A stretch of 64,000 nt of DNA from Orbicella franksi (taxonomy: Eukaryota). Positions 10,079 to 21,400 of the stretch are shown here, one piece after another (position 1 is the stretch's first letter; every line of letters starts with the position of its first letter). Under the pieces are notes generated by a model. The model was not told the DNA's origin. It saw nothing but the letters and a program-made list of their open reading frames with translations, and made no database searches. The DNA is taken from the NCBI GenBank assembly GCA_964199315.1, contig OZ116710.1, positions 4,278,001-4,342,000 of the forward strand, given 5' to 3'. Position numbers and translations under genes: made by a program.

Positions 10079-13000
10079 CCAACTCCTCATAACGTGGAAC
10101 AAAAATCATATACGATTTTCTCAAACTAATCTAGCTTCCCCTCAATAGAACCGAACAGGGTCGCCTCAAATACCAGAAAAAAACTTCTTCCAGGTTGATT
10201 GGTCATCCATCTTTGGCAACTTGGTGCGCTTTATAGAACGTCTTGTTCCACCGCAGGTTGCTGTTACTGTCTGTGAACTGCTTCATAATCCGTCAGCGTT
10301 ACCTTGAGCATTAAGCTCCCTGTTGTTCGGTACCTCTGTGCTGCTAGCCTAGTACCTACTTTCGGGTTGTCAGTCTTCTTTCTGACTCTGCGTCAGCCAG
10401 GCTCTCCTAGCTTTCCATAACTAAAGCCGTGAACCAGCATAGAGTGCTCATACATCTAGACCTGAAACAAGGTATACTTTCCTGGGTTTTGCAACCAATG
10501 CGTCGGTCGTATAATGTGGGGAACGTTCTGCTGTTATTCAGAATACTAAAATATCTCACAAGTTAGAAGAATAAAAGTCGCGTCCGAAAGTCACCGATAG
10601 TTTTCAAAGAGGGTCTAACACATTGTCAGGTTAAAACGAGGCGACACTGGTGCCATGCAAGACGAACAATAACGCAGGGTCTTAGTTTCGAGGTTTCATA
10701 CTTATGTAAGTCGTAAGTCTCGTAAGTCTCTCGTGAATAGGACTTATATGACTTATTTGTCGAAAAACTTAATCAATTGAAAGGAAGGCTCTGGGAAGAG
10801 AACGGATGAAGCCAAAAAACGCGTTAATGAAATCTTAGCAAACAAAAAGTTGATTTATAAGCATTTTTGACCAGATCAAAATGCTTGTTGGAAAATTTGT
10901 ATCAAGCCGAGACTAACCGAGGGCGGTTTCATTCAAGCTTTGTTTGCCCCCTAACAGATAACATTTACACCAGGCAAACAAATAAGTGTCTTAAATAACG
11001 ATATATACATTATCGAATGCTTTATTGCATTCATGAAGCCAGAAATTTGATTTCATCCATTCTATCTAAACTCACCATGACAGGCTACGACGGCGTTTTC
11101 TTATTTCCTAACGTGCAATCCTAAACTGAATGCCTTGAATGGTAAAAGCATTGATGTCTTCACCTTACCACTCTAAGGGATACAAAATTCACAATCTACA
11201 CTCTAAAAGAGACGACCAGCATCTCCATCCTTTCAGATGTCAACGCATGAGAGTCTTGCCCTCGGAACAATTAACAATTGAAGTGGCCTCCTTTTTTTTG
11301 TACTTCACTTGTATTTCTTGACAGTTGTTAGGTCATTACTTTGGTGTTGTAGTCAGTTTTAGAAAGGAACAGAATATCGTGACAAAATTACTCAAGCGAG
11401 GGGTCAAACCAGAATTAATGCATGTAGTGTTTTAGGACGGAAATTATTATCGGGGTGCTGAGGAAAGAACACAAAGTTTCAAGGACTCGGGGGTGTTATT
11501 GCTTTAAACTACTGGTCAATGATGTTTACAAATTTTAGTCCAAAAAAATCCTTTTATTTACCGGCCTTATGGGTGTGGATGTCGGTGTATTTGAGAGAAC
11601 ATTTAATCATGTTGTTAAGTGATAGTCACAAATTCTATTTATTTCGTTTCTAGAGACGTACTTTCCTACTGATATCGTGGAAAAAATTCGCCAAGGATGC
11701 AGAGAAGAGGAAGGCAAGCTGCAGTCCCCTCCGTGGTGTGAGGAGTTTAACTTTAACCTAGTAAATCTTTTCACCAGGCTAAAAATCGTTAAAAAGGACG
11801 GGAAAATCGGGCAAATCGGGCAAATCGACCATTTGACAGATATCTTCAGAGTAGACAAACATGGTCAGAAACCAAGGACTGTGCTAATTGAGGGAAAATC
11901 TGGCATGGGAAAGACGACCTACTGTCAGAAACTGGCCTACCACTGGGCTAGTAATCAAGAAGAATTGGAGAAGCTTTCACCCCAAATCCAGGTACTTCTG
12001 TCACTTAAATGTGGAGAGATCTCATCAGACATTTGGAAAGCAATCGACTCTCAACTTCTTCCTGAGGATGTTGACGAGCAATCTAAGGAAATGTTCTTTA
12101 AGTTTATCCAAGAAAATCAGTCCAAAGTTTTGTTGATACTCGATGGACTTGACGACATGTCTCCAGATAACCTGCAGATGATTTCCCAGCTGGTTAAAAG
12201 AGAATTGCCACGATGCTACTTCCTTCTTACCGCCGAAAGAGCAACAGCACTGAAAGTTAGAGAGTGCTGTGGTACTTGGCTGGAGATACTGGGATTCACT
12301 GAAGAAGATGGAAAGAAATTCATCTGCGATTACTTTAAAGACCAGGAGAGTTTGGCTAAGAAGCTGCTCGACTTGTTGGACGAGTTTGACAACTTGCGGA
12401 AAGAATTGTTCCCCGGTAATCCCATATACACAGCACTCCTCTGTCTTCTTTGTAAAGACCTGAATGGTGTTTTCCCAACAAGCAGAACCCAGCTGTACAC
12501 AGAAATGATACTTTGCGCCTTGAGAAGAAATGAAACCATAAAGGGGAAGTCGAGCAGCGATGAAGATCTGATTGAAGTCTACAAAGACCATCTCACTTCT
12601 CTGGGGCTCATAGCTTTTAAGCTCCAACGTAAAGGAGACTCCGACTCTGAGGAAGACGAAGGGACTTTAAACATAAAAGAGTTACCCGGGTTCACGTCAG
12701 CCCAGACTGTAAGAGGTACTTCGCGTCTGTGGTATGGGTTCCAGCAATATTTTGCAGGCTTCTTTCTCGCCTTTCAGATTCTCAGTGGCGAGATTGACCT
12801 AAATGCAAAAGTTGCTGATGAAAGCTATTTTGAACCACCGTTGAGACAAGTATATTTGTTCATGAGTGGAATTCTTAGCTTGAAATCGAAAGAAAAGGCC
12901 TTGGATCTTGTCAAAAGTATTTGCTCTCGCATAAATTCACTAGCACTTGGAAATGCTGAGGACATCGAAGAGCTCCAGATGCTTTTGCTGCTCGCTTTGG

Positions 13001-14955
13001 AGTGCTCAGAATACGCAGCTAGCGAACATAGAGATCATTATATTTTAACTTTAGGTTCCTCTCTCAAACTAGAATTTTTAGCCATTGGAAGACTTTCCTT
13101 TCCCCGTGATTATCACCAACCGCTGAAATCAAACGCATTCATCAAGTGGTTGGATGAGTACTCCACGTTCCGTACATGTCGCGGCTGGTCTAACTTTGCC
13201 CGTCTTGTCGGGCCTTTTTCTGAGGCCCTCAAATACAATACCACTCTGGATTCTTTGCACTTGAGCGACACCTTTGGCAAAATCGGTCCCTTTGGGGCAG
13301 AGGCTTTCTCTGGCGCTTTGAAGGTCAACAGCAGTCTGACCAACCTGGATCTAAGGTCTAACCAGATTGGCGCCTCTGGTGCCCAAGCACTGTCTGACGC
13401 GCTTGAAGTGAATACTACTTTGACCAAGTTAGACCTAAGTGACAATGATATTACTGCATCAGGAACCAAGTTTCTTTCGAAGGCTATTAAACTCAACACT
13501 TCTTTAACCACTTTGAATTTATCCTATAACAAGGTTGGTGAACAAAGGCAAGGAAAATCTCTTTGTCCACAAGAGATTTCCATGACACTGATCTTACATC
13601 AAATCGGTCGCTGCACCCTTCCTGAGGCTTTGAAAAAGCTTGATGAATTTTCAACTGGGATGGTTGAAACTATGGACGACTATGGCTTATTTTCTCTCTC
13701 TGAGTCACTGAAAACAAACACCACTTTGACAAACCTGAATTTGAAGGATAATGAGATTGATTGTGTCGCTGCCTACTATCTCTCAGAAAGTCTTAAAACC
13801 AATGCCACTCTGACTACTCTGAATTTAAGTGGAAACAGACTTCTTTCTATCGGTTCCAAATGTCTTTCTTTGGCTCTTACAGCGAATGGCACCTTGACGT
13901 CCTTAAATGTGAGTGATACTAGGATTGATGCCCAAGCTCTGTCTGAGGCCCTTAAAGTCAACGCCGCGTTGACCAGCTTAGATTTAAGTAATAATGGGAT
14001 TGGTGACAGTGGTGCCAAAGCTCTCTCTGACGTTCTTCAAGTTAATGCTACGTTGAAGAAGTTACGTTTAAGTTCGACTGAGATTGGTGCAGATGGTACC
14101 CAATACGTTTGCGAAGCCCTTACTCGCAACAACACCCTGACTTCTTTAGATTTCAGTTTTAATAAAATTGGGGGTGTAGGTGCACACTTCTTCTCTGAGG
14201 CCCTTAAGAGCAATAAGGCTCTAAATGATCTGAATATGAGGCACACCCAGGTTGATAAGCGTGGTGCTATCGATCTTTTTGATGCCCTTAAACAAAATAC
14301 CACCTTATCGACTTTGGATTTGACTGGCCTTTGTGCTGTTTTCCCGTCCAAAGGATGCATCCATCTTCCTTTTTGTCAGTTATCAGATGCCCTTAAGGTC
14401 AACACCACCTTGTCTTGTTTGAGACTGGGTCAAAATGATTTGCGGCCACCTGATGCACAGGATTTCTTTACATCTCTAATGGACAATAAAACCTTGAAGG
14501 AACTCGACTTGGATAAAGCGAGGTCGCGTTTCAAAGTGCCACGAGAATTCCTTGCTAGCAATACAGCTTTGACTCATTTAAATTTGAGTTCCTGCCTGTG
14601 TGAAGACCCTTCTGCTCTGGCTTCTTTCTTTAAAGCTCTTACAGTCAACTCAACCTTGACTTGCTTGAAGCTGAAAGATGTCGAAATCATGGATTCCACC
14701 TGGAACAGGAGTAAGATTGGAGACTCCGAATGTGAGTTGATCTCCGAGACTCTGAAAGTTAATACCACCTTGACAGATTTGGATTTGTGTAACAACTGGA
14801 TCGCTGATGATGGAATCCAGTGTATCATGGAGGCTCTGAAAGTTAACACCACCTTAAAATATTTGAATTTGAGTTGTCAGCGACGTATGTGTAGAAATGC
14901 ATTCGATCCTCCATCTCTCAGGAACGTCAATACCAGTGTTTGTGTATTGTGGTAA
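6555..14955 (+). CDS. NLR immune receptor: DZIP3-like HEPN - NACHT - ~18 RI-type (NLRC3-like) LRRs; model join(6555..7233,11654..14955), 1326 aa
   Basis: Exon 1 encodes MASAPPPVTSTKETTNFARLCRLLVDVG...YFRNTIYGHAEKA... (HEPN_DZIP3-type) and ends at a phase-1 donor GAAG|GTTAGT. The acceptor TTTCTAG|AG at 11653/11654 is also phase 1 and in frame. NACHT: Walker A GKSGMGKTT (11893-11919), Walker B LLILDGLDD. LRRs follow the NxxLxxLxLxxN pattern. Stop TAA at 14953-14955. Additional small or upstream exons cannot be excluded. Confidence 0.88.
7350..7524. mobile_element. Short TIR MITE
   Basis: AATAGCTATTTCCGGGTTGCCC ... GGGCAACTCGGAAATGACCTATT. Second copy at 46747-46913. Confidence 0.85.
7850..8290 (-). 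mobile_element. Degenerate RT/thumb fragment of an RLE-type (HERO/NeSL-like) non-LTR retrotransposon
   Basis: Translates as WSQMAFQAVKFKVCLSEGK...GEPVKIIG...IDRCDLPGKMK, with stops and frameshifts. Resembles the W..M.FKP.KS / PVKxLG / IDKS.LPGK segments of this clade (recalled). Confidence 0.6.
8290..8640 (-). mobile_element. 3' end fragment of an RTE-clade LINE
   Basis: Translates as SWPL*ISNSDARNSCKQE...RK*TWIG...QGKRGRPRQIWRRSAEKELKSMYLTW...VEALC, the typical RTE ORF C-terminus. A second RTE-like C-terminal remnant (TWSEMRTVARDRAAWR) lies at ~8870-8940 (-). Confidence 0.7.
9130..9440 (-). mobile_element. Degenerate RT fragment (HERO/NeSL-like), probably the upstream part of the 7850-8290 element
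   Basis: ORF 9134-9316: MVWNTIQRYRRSKRDLHAIWPEPSNAYGLVTH...LLKNYY resembles the RT motif DLxVVWLDLANAYGSVPH. Confidence 0.7.
9500..9970 (+). mobile_element. Internally deleted RTE-clade LINE: 5' UTR joined to the end of the APE domain
   Basis: 5' UTR-like CACCACCTTGTAGTG...CCCATGCCGGACAGGTC...GGTCCTCCAGGTTGGGGGTT, followed by DVKVMGGASIESDYLLVTGKFRMKL...RKRFNTAKLED (APE terminal SDH-like motif plus linker). Confidence 0.7.
10011..10074. repeat. (TC)32 microsatellite
   Basis: Perfect TC run read directly. Confidence 0.98.
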
Positions 14956-15819
14956 CTAATGAAACTTCCGCTCTAAAAGAGATCGCAAGTGTTTAGCAAC
15001 ATAACGCTAAGAAACGTTTTAAGCAATTAATTATGAACTGAAGTTTCATGATTGCGTGGTTTATAAGGAATCAATGTACAATGACAGCCAAAGCAAAACT
15101 GAAACACATCAATTTAAATTGATGTTAGAAGTTTGGACGTAGGAAGTTTATTACTCAGCAGCAAAACGGATTCTGGATAGCCAGCACTTTGCTTTTAATT
15201 AACTAGAAAAAGCTGTCATTTGCTACATCTTGCTTCGTAGTAGTCTTGACATAACTTTATCTGCTGAAGATTCAAAATAATTGTTTCTACTGGAAGTTAA
15301 ACTCTTATTATTTCCAACGTCTATTAGATTTTGTTCAATCTTCGTTGCCTTACCAAATCGAGTCCTATTTAGGAATATATTTGTGTAGTTAGAAATGTGC
15401 AGTTGAAGCCTGCTTGCGTTAAGTATGGCAAAAAGACACCAACGAATCAAAGGCAATCGGTTACTAGGTGACTAAGTGGTATTCTTCCACGTTGTGATGT
15501 CTTAGAACGAAGCTGTATTGGATAGACACGTGAATAAGGTCGGTGAAATTTTACATTCAGCTAGCTAACTGTAACTGAATGATACAATTTAAGGTTTGAA
15601 ATGGCCCATTGCAACAAACGGTCACGACCGAAAATCCTCATACTGAACAGCAAACAAAAACAGCAGACACTAAACCGACAAAGTTACTTTAACCAGTTAA
15701 GCCTGAATGTTCTTTGTTTGGATGTCCGAGTACGTAGCTTGTCATCATGACATTGCCCAGGCTGTATTGTACCAAGTGAACGTTCGTTACAATGAAGAAG
15801 GCCCACTTGGTAGCTTTTA

Positions 15820-16045
15820 GGCCAAGGTCAAACGTCGAACTTGATATGAGACGAACTAAATTGAGTGAATTAATTTAAGTTCGACGTTTGACTCAGCTGG
15901 TGAGTTCGTCCAGCTGAATTTCAATCCTTCAACACGTTCCATCCGTCTGCTTTAAATCCGAATTAAGTTCTACGTTTGACCCAACGAGAGAGCTCAAATT
16001 GCAGTTAAGTTTGTCTCATGAGGAGTTCATCGTTTGACCTGCGCC
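15820..16045. mobile_element. PIF/Harbinger-type MITE
   Basis: TIRs GGCCAAGGTCAAACG / CGTTTGACCTGCGCC with a TTA TSD on both sides (15817-15819, 16046-16048). Same family as 63523-63789. Confidence 0.85.
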
Positions 16046-16752
16046 TTACTGTTTCGGTGAATTACCGTGTGTGTTATTGTTTGTATTTAGAACTAAGCGG
16101 TTTCCTAAGAAAATTAATGACAGCACAATGAAAACAACACTGAATATACCATTTAAAGTATTGTCAGAAACGTGATGTAAGTCTAATCTTGTAAAAAACG
16201 AAAACTAGACTTATTTGTTACCACACTATATTACAAGTAACAAGTTTAAGTAGTTATATAGTGCGCTCAAACGAACTCAGCACTGTACTAAATTCAGTTC
16301 CAATCTTACTTCAAAGTTACACAACTTATTTTCGTATACCTCGTTATTGTTTAAACCCTGTTGTGTACGGTAGTAGATTTTACCAATATGGTTCTTTACG
16401 AAGCTTAGATTGAAAACATATTGTTACATGTATACTAAGTTTACTTTAGTGGTAATCACGTGCCAATCACGTGCCAAGATAGCGGACTTTTAGTTATACA
16501 GTGTAGTTACGTCTAAAGATGAACGTTATCTAGAAGAGGCAAACTACAGAAACATTTTTAAAGCTGTTAGTATACTTATGATTAGCTCTGGAGATCAGTT
16601 AACTGATGACTGGATTGAAGTCCTCATTCCAAACTAATAAAAACTTACCTAGCGTTATGTGTCATGGAGACTCTGTGGTGTGTCAATCAGCTGTTCGCCA
16701 AAGTGTAGTACACTCCCAGTAATCGACGTAATCAGGCTGTAGATCCTTTTAC

Positions 16753-16784
16753 TCACAAAGTCACAAAGTCACAAAGTCACAAAG
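16753..16784. repeat. (TCACAAAG)4 minisatellite
   Basis: Four perfect 8-bp units. Confidence 0.95.
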
Positions 16785-17357
16785 CTTCTCCTGTGATAAT
16801 GGAGGAAGCCCCAGGAGAAAGCAAATTTCTTGCCTTTCGTAATTCTTCTATTTTGATTAGCCATTTGAAACGAAAGCTATCAAAGCGATGTCAAAAAAGT
16901 GGTGAAATATCAACAAGCTTTGTCAAATGGCTAGTGTTTTATACTGTCCCTGGTATACCTTGATCCGGCATTCTAGCTTAATTTTCCTATGTTTTCACAT
17001 TAAAAAGTAGCAAGCCCCGCTAAACGCGCTAATTTTTATGAAGCAGATTCCCATTTGGGATTGCAAAAAAAATTGATTCATTGTACTGTAAAATGATTCA
17101 TGCCATAGTTAGCCTTTATAGCTATTCAGTGATATTTCGTTTGGTTTGCTGATTTTGGAAAAAAGCCTTGGATTACGGTTGTTTCCAAAAATCATTTATC
17201 CCCTCAGGTTTCTCTGGGATCACGTGAACTGCCTATTGTACAGAAGCGTCCATACAAAGTACAGATTTGGCTGTAGTTGTTGGCACCTTCAATTTCCTTT
17301 CTCCATAACCCGGAAATGATGACCGTGTACGTAATAAACGTGATTTTCCTGGTTACC

Positions 17358-17431
17358 TAGGCTCGATTACCAGCCGCTGTTCGGGAAAGGAACGTAGACC
17401 AGACACGAGAGAGCGGCGGAAATCGAGCCTA
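17358..17431. mobile_element. 74-bp mini TIR element with 9-bp TSD (Mutator-like)
   Basis: TIRs TAGGCTCGATT / AATCGAGCCTA. CTGGTTACC is duplicated at 17349-17357 and 17432-17440. Confidence 0.8.
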
Positions 17432-17552
17432 CTGGTTACCCTGTTCGGGCAATAATCGATTCCGCGTCCAAATTACACGATGATTTATTTCGTGTGTGTT
17501 CTGTTTGGAGACATCTAGAGGGCCTCCGTTGCCGCAATTGTAACTTTCATAT

Positions 17553-17703
17553 TCCCAGGTTGAACTCTCATATGAAAAAGACGGAGTGCTCGGCGTACCT
17601 TTTAGGAGCCAAGCTCATAAAACGAGATCTTGGTAACTCTTAAGGGTTCTTTTCAAAATGTCCGACGAGCATCCCCGTCCTTTTTATATGGGAGTCCCCC
17701 CGG
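17553..17703. mobile_element. Internally deleted MITE copy (same family as 17918-18233, opposite orientation)
   Basis: Ends GACGAGCATCCCCGTCCTTTTTATATGGGAGTCCCCCCGG, the same terminal repeat as the neighbouring copy. Confidence 0.75.
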
Positions 17704-17917
17704 ATATTCCTCGTCTTGACACAGGGATTCCATGATGGAATGCTTACCCATTTGAGCCTACTTCCAGGCTAGACCAGGTTTTGTTTTGGGGGCCGAAAGC
17801 CCGTGGGAGGAATATTGATATCACTCGCAATATTTCCAGGGAAAAACTGCCCTTTTTTAACGTTTTCTTACAAAAGTCTTGCTCATTTTCGCAGCACCGT
17901 AAACCAGATGACAGTCT

Positions 17918-18233
17918 CGGGGAGGGGGGTGACTCCCATATAAAAACGGACGGGGGTATTCGTCGGAATTTTGAAAAGAACCCCAAATAAGAGGTGCCAA
18001 GATCCTGCTTTGTGGGCGTCCCTTGAAATTTTTCGGCCTAAGAGGTACCAATTGTAAAACAGCACTTCATCTCCTGCCATATTTTGTCGGCTCAATACGG
18101 TAAAAGGTACCGTAAAAGCTTCCGCTGTGGAACTTTTCAGGTTGAACACCCTAAGAGGTTGGAAAACCGCTTGTTTAACGCCTAAAAGGTACCACGAGCA
18201 CCCCCGTCCTTTTCATACGAAAGTTCCCCCGGG
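17918..18233. mobile_element. ~315-bp MITE with long TIRs and internal CTAAGAGGTACC-type subrepeats
   Basis: GACTCCCATATAAAAACGGACGGGGGTATTCGTC ... CACGAGCACCCCCGTCCTTTTCATACGAAAGTTCCCCCGGG. Confidence 0.8.
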
Positions 18234-18498
18234 AAGCCGGTGAGGCTTGATTGTTGCTTTTGTTCGTTGTAAACCTTAAGGGGGGGGGGGTTCATGATTC
18301 GGGGAAACTTTTTTACCTGTTCATTTCGATTCCCTTCATTCCATATTGTGTTTGGCGTCGCGTGAAGTGAGGTATTTTTCAAGTCAGCTTACATAGAGTC
18401 GTAATAAGGATTGAGACACCTGCGTACAGTTAAACAAAGTAGTGTTCTTGGTAGTCGAGGAAGACCATTCCACTGTCAGAAAACAGAAAGACGAAAAC

Positions 18499-21400
18499 AT
18501 GTCGATGACATTTGTGTCTGGACGGCAGCGTCCAGAACCAAGTCAACAAACAGTTCAATCGGTAAGTGGTAAAACTGTGTAGTTTGCTTTAGTTTTGGGG
18601 CTGAATCTAACAATTTTTGACATTGGTTCATCGACGACGGATGATTCCCTATTCAAATTCATTTCAACTTCATTCTGTTAGCTTTTATTCTTGACAAGGG
18701 ATTAAACCCACCTGGAAATCAGTCCCTCAAATCTTAGTTGTAAAAATCCTTTCAAGGATAAGCCTTCCTAAAGTAAGCTCTTGGGCTTACAAAAGTATTT
18801 ATATACTCTGTAACTCCGCTCGCTCCTAATAAAAATAGACCTAAACTTAGATTATTAGCTCGAGATTTCCTGATTTACCTCATAGAAATCGATAGCGAAT
18901 AATCTAATTGTTAGACAGTTCTTACTAAATTTCAATTTCCAATTATTTCGCTACATATTAAGCAGTATTTATAACTCCACGCCTAAACAAAATCGCGCAC
19001 GGACTGAATTGTTGTTGGAAATTAACAGAGATTCCAACCCCTTTTGAAGGAAAATAGGGAGACTCTTTTAGCACTGGAGGCGGCAGCCTCAAGGGGGGGT
19101 GCGGGGCCATGCTCACCGGGAAATTTTGCAAATTTAGGTTTTCTTAAATGCCTTTTCCTGCATTTTGGAGCTGCTAAATGGAGTAAGACTGCTGGCCTGA
19201 TGAGTCTGCACAACACGTGGCGAGAGACTGGGTGAGATGATATGAGAAGAAAGTGTAATACATCGCAAAAAAAATACTTAAGATTAGCATTTTTCCCTTG
19301 TTTTCACAATTTTATTATAAATCGGGAGAATTTGATAAGAGCGGGAGGCAACACATCAGATTGGGAGTCTCCTGATCAAATCGGGAGGGTTGGAATCTCT
19401 GAATTAAACTTGGGTAATTGTGAAGAATAGCTCCCGAAACCGACTGTCGGTAAGCCGTCAGCCGACAGGTTACCAACAAGCTACCGACAGTTTGTTAAAA
19501 CAAAAAGTTTGCTGTAAAATAAACAGGGATAGAGTAATGTACCCGATTGACAAAATGGTTTCAAAAGCCTGAAAACAATTAGCAATACCACAGGCAGACC
19601 ACTCTATGTGTTTGAGCGTAATAAATGTGAAACAAACAGAATCTATGAGGGTTATGAATAAAGCTCTGTAAATTGCATATCTAATATACATCTCGGTTTG
19701 AATATCTCAGTATGGTTAAATGAAACGTTAATCGACTCATGTGTGGTGTTTTTTCGCCTTCCTGGGCCGTCTGAGGCATCTTTTTACGAAATTACTTTTG
19801 GCTGGAGACCAGTAAGACAAGAGAGGGAGACAAGGCTTACAACATGGCGGCTGCCAGATGCGACCTCCTCCACTTCAAACTGGAATTAATGCCAAAATAC
19901 TGAAAATCTCACCTGAATGGCCGTGGTTGTTGATTGATGAGATTTTTCTCTATCTCTTCGCTGAATTTGATAGCTTCATCCCTTCAACATTTTCCGAGAA
20001 AATTGATGCTGAAATCAGGAATACAGCTTTCTTAATATGATCGGTGTCAAACTCAGTGACCAAAGGAATTCAAGGCATGCAGGCCATTTCAAATCTACCA
20101 ATCAGCGCTTGGCATCGTGGCAGGCTGCTGTGGGATTATTAACAATAGAATGTTTGTGTTGAGACTAGAGCTTAAAAAAATGGAGAGCCACTCACTTGTT
20201 AAACCTCAGAAATACACATAATAATTGATTTTATTAGTATGGTCAGCAGGCAAAGAAAGCGGCTGGTGTCTGATAGCCTTTATAGCTAGGGTAGTGGATT
20301 CTGTCTTTCACTTACCTGGTGAACATTCAAATGAAGTTTCTGAGGAAAATATTTGAGGAATTTCATATCACAGAAGTACTGTAAGAGATGAAATTCTGGG
20401 GGCTAGTGGGAATAACTTTCTGGCTATTACATTATGGTTACAAGCCCAAAAATTAATTTTCTTTGCACTCTGATGGTGAGTTACATACAGTAGGGGCCAT
20501 CTTGTGGTACTGTGCCCATGTAATGTGATACAACATAGATTTATGTCATCATCTACAGGGCTGTCATTAAGTATTGAGTCACCTGTAGCCTTGATCTTCA
20601 CACCTGTAACAAAATTTTTCCCTTTTGAGTGAATTGTAGCAACTATAGGCAAGTTCATTTGTAACATCAAGGGTCCATCAAACATACTCAGCCCTGATCC
20701 ATGTTCATTTTTGTGCCATCAAGGGTAGTAATAGGTGTGGTAACATGTAAATGATTTGAACCAAAATGAATATTGCTAGTCACATGTAGTGTAGTGCACT
20801 CTTGTCTGCACGAGAGTAGTCCTGAAAAGTACTATTTGTTGACAACTGAAGGTTTCCACATGGCTTCTACTCGGCTTGCTGTGGCATCAGTCACCTACAG
20901 CAGTCCTTTTCACAGCAGGATTTCCCTGGACTGCAAATGTAGATATCACAAGTCTAGTACTCAATTTCTATTAGAGTTACAGCACAAGACCAATGTGTTG
21001 TAAATTGGTCTAAAGAAATAATCTGAAGAGATGCATGTTTAATGGTATATATAATTTGTTTCTTTCAGCTTCTGGATGAAAATTCCCAGCTTATTCAGGT
21101 ACATATGGCACCTTATGTAATTCATCAGTTGTTTCTGTAAAGCTTCTGTCAAACATAGTCACACAACTGTAGAATGTTCACTTGGTTTTTTTTATAACCT
21201 GGTGCAGAGACCAGGGGTTTTATTTGGAACATTCAAGGTGACCGAAACCACAAAAGCATACCATAAGACAGGGCTGTAGCCAGTATGAGGCAAACTGAGG
21301 CACTTGCTTCAGTTATTTTTTGTCACTTAAATTGTTTTTTTTTTTTGAAGGGCAAAAGTAAAACACTGCTAAATACCTCAGAGAAGGAGAATTTAACCAT

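Noticed and set aside
12025-14852. Antisense ORFs over the NLR (12025-12627, 13113-13511, 13776-14018, 14037-14360, 14574-14852)
   Set aside because: Shadows of the repetitive LRR/NACHT codon pattern, with no recognisable domains.
16643-16790. Perfect minus-strand donor (TAG|GTAAGT at 16649/16648), possibly a divergent transcript or a PSMA7 exon upstream of SS18
   Set aside because: All three frames upstream of the donor contain stops and there is no PSMA7 similarity. A non-coding exon cannot be supported without RNA data.
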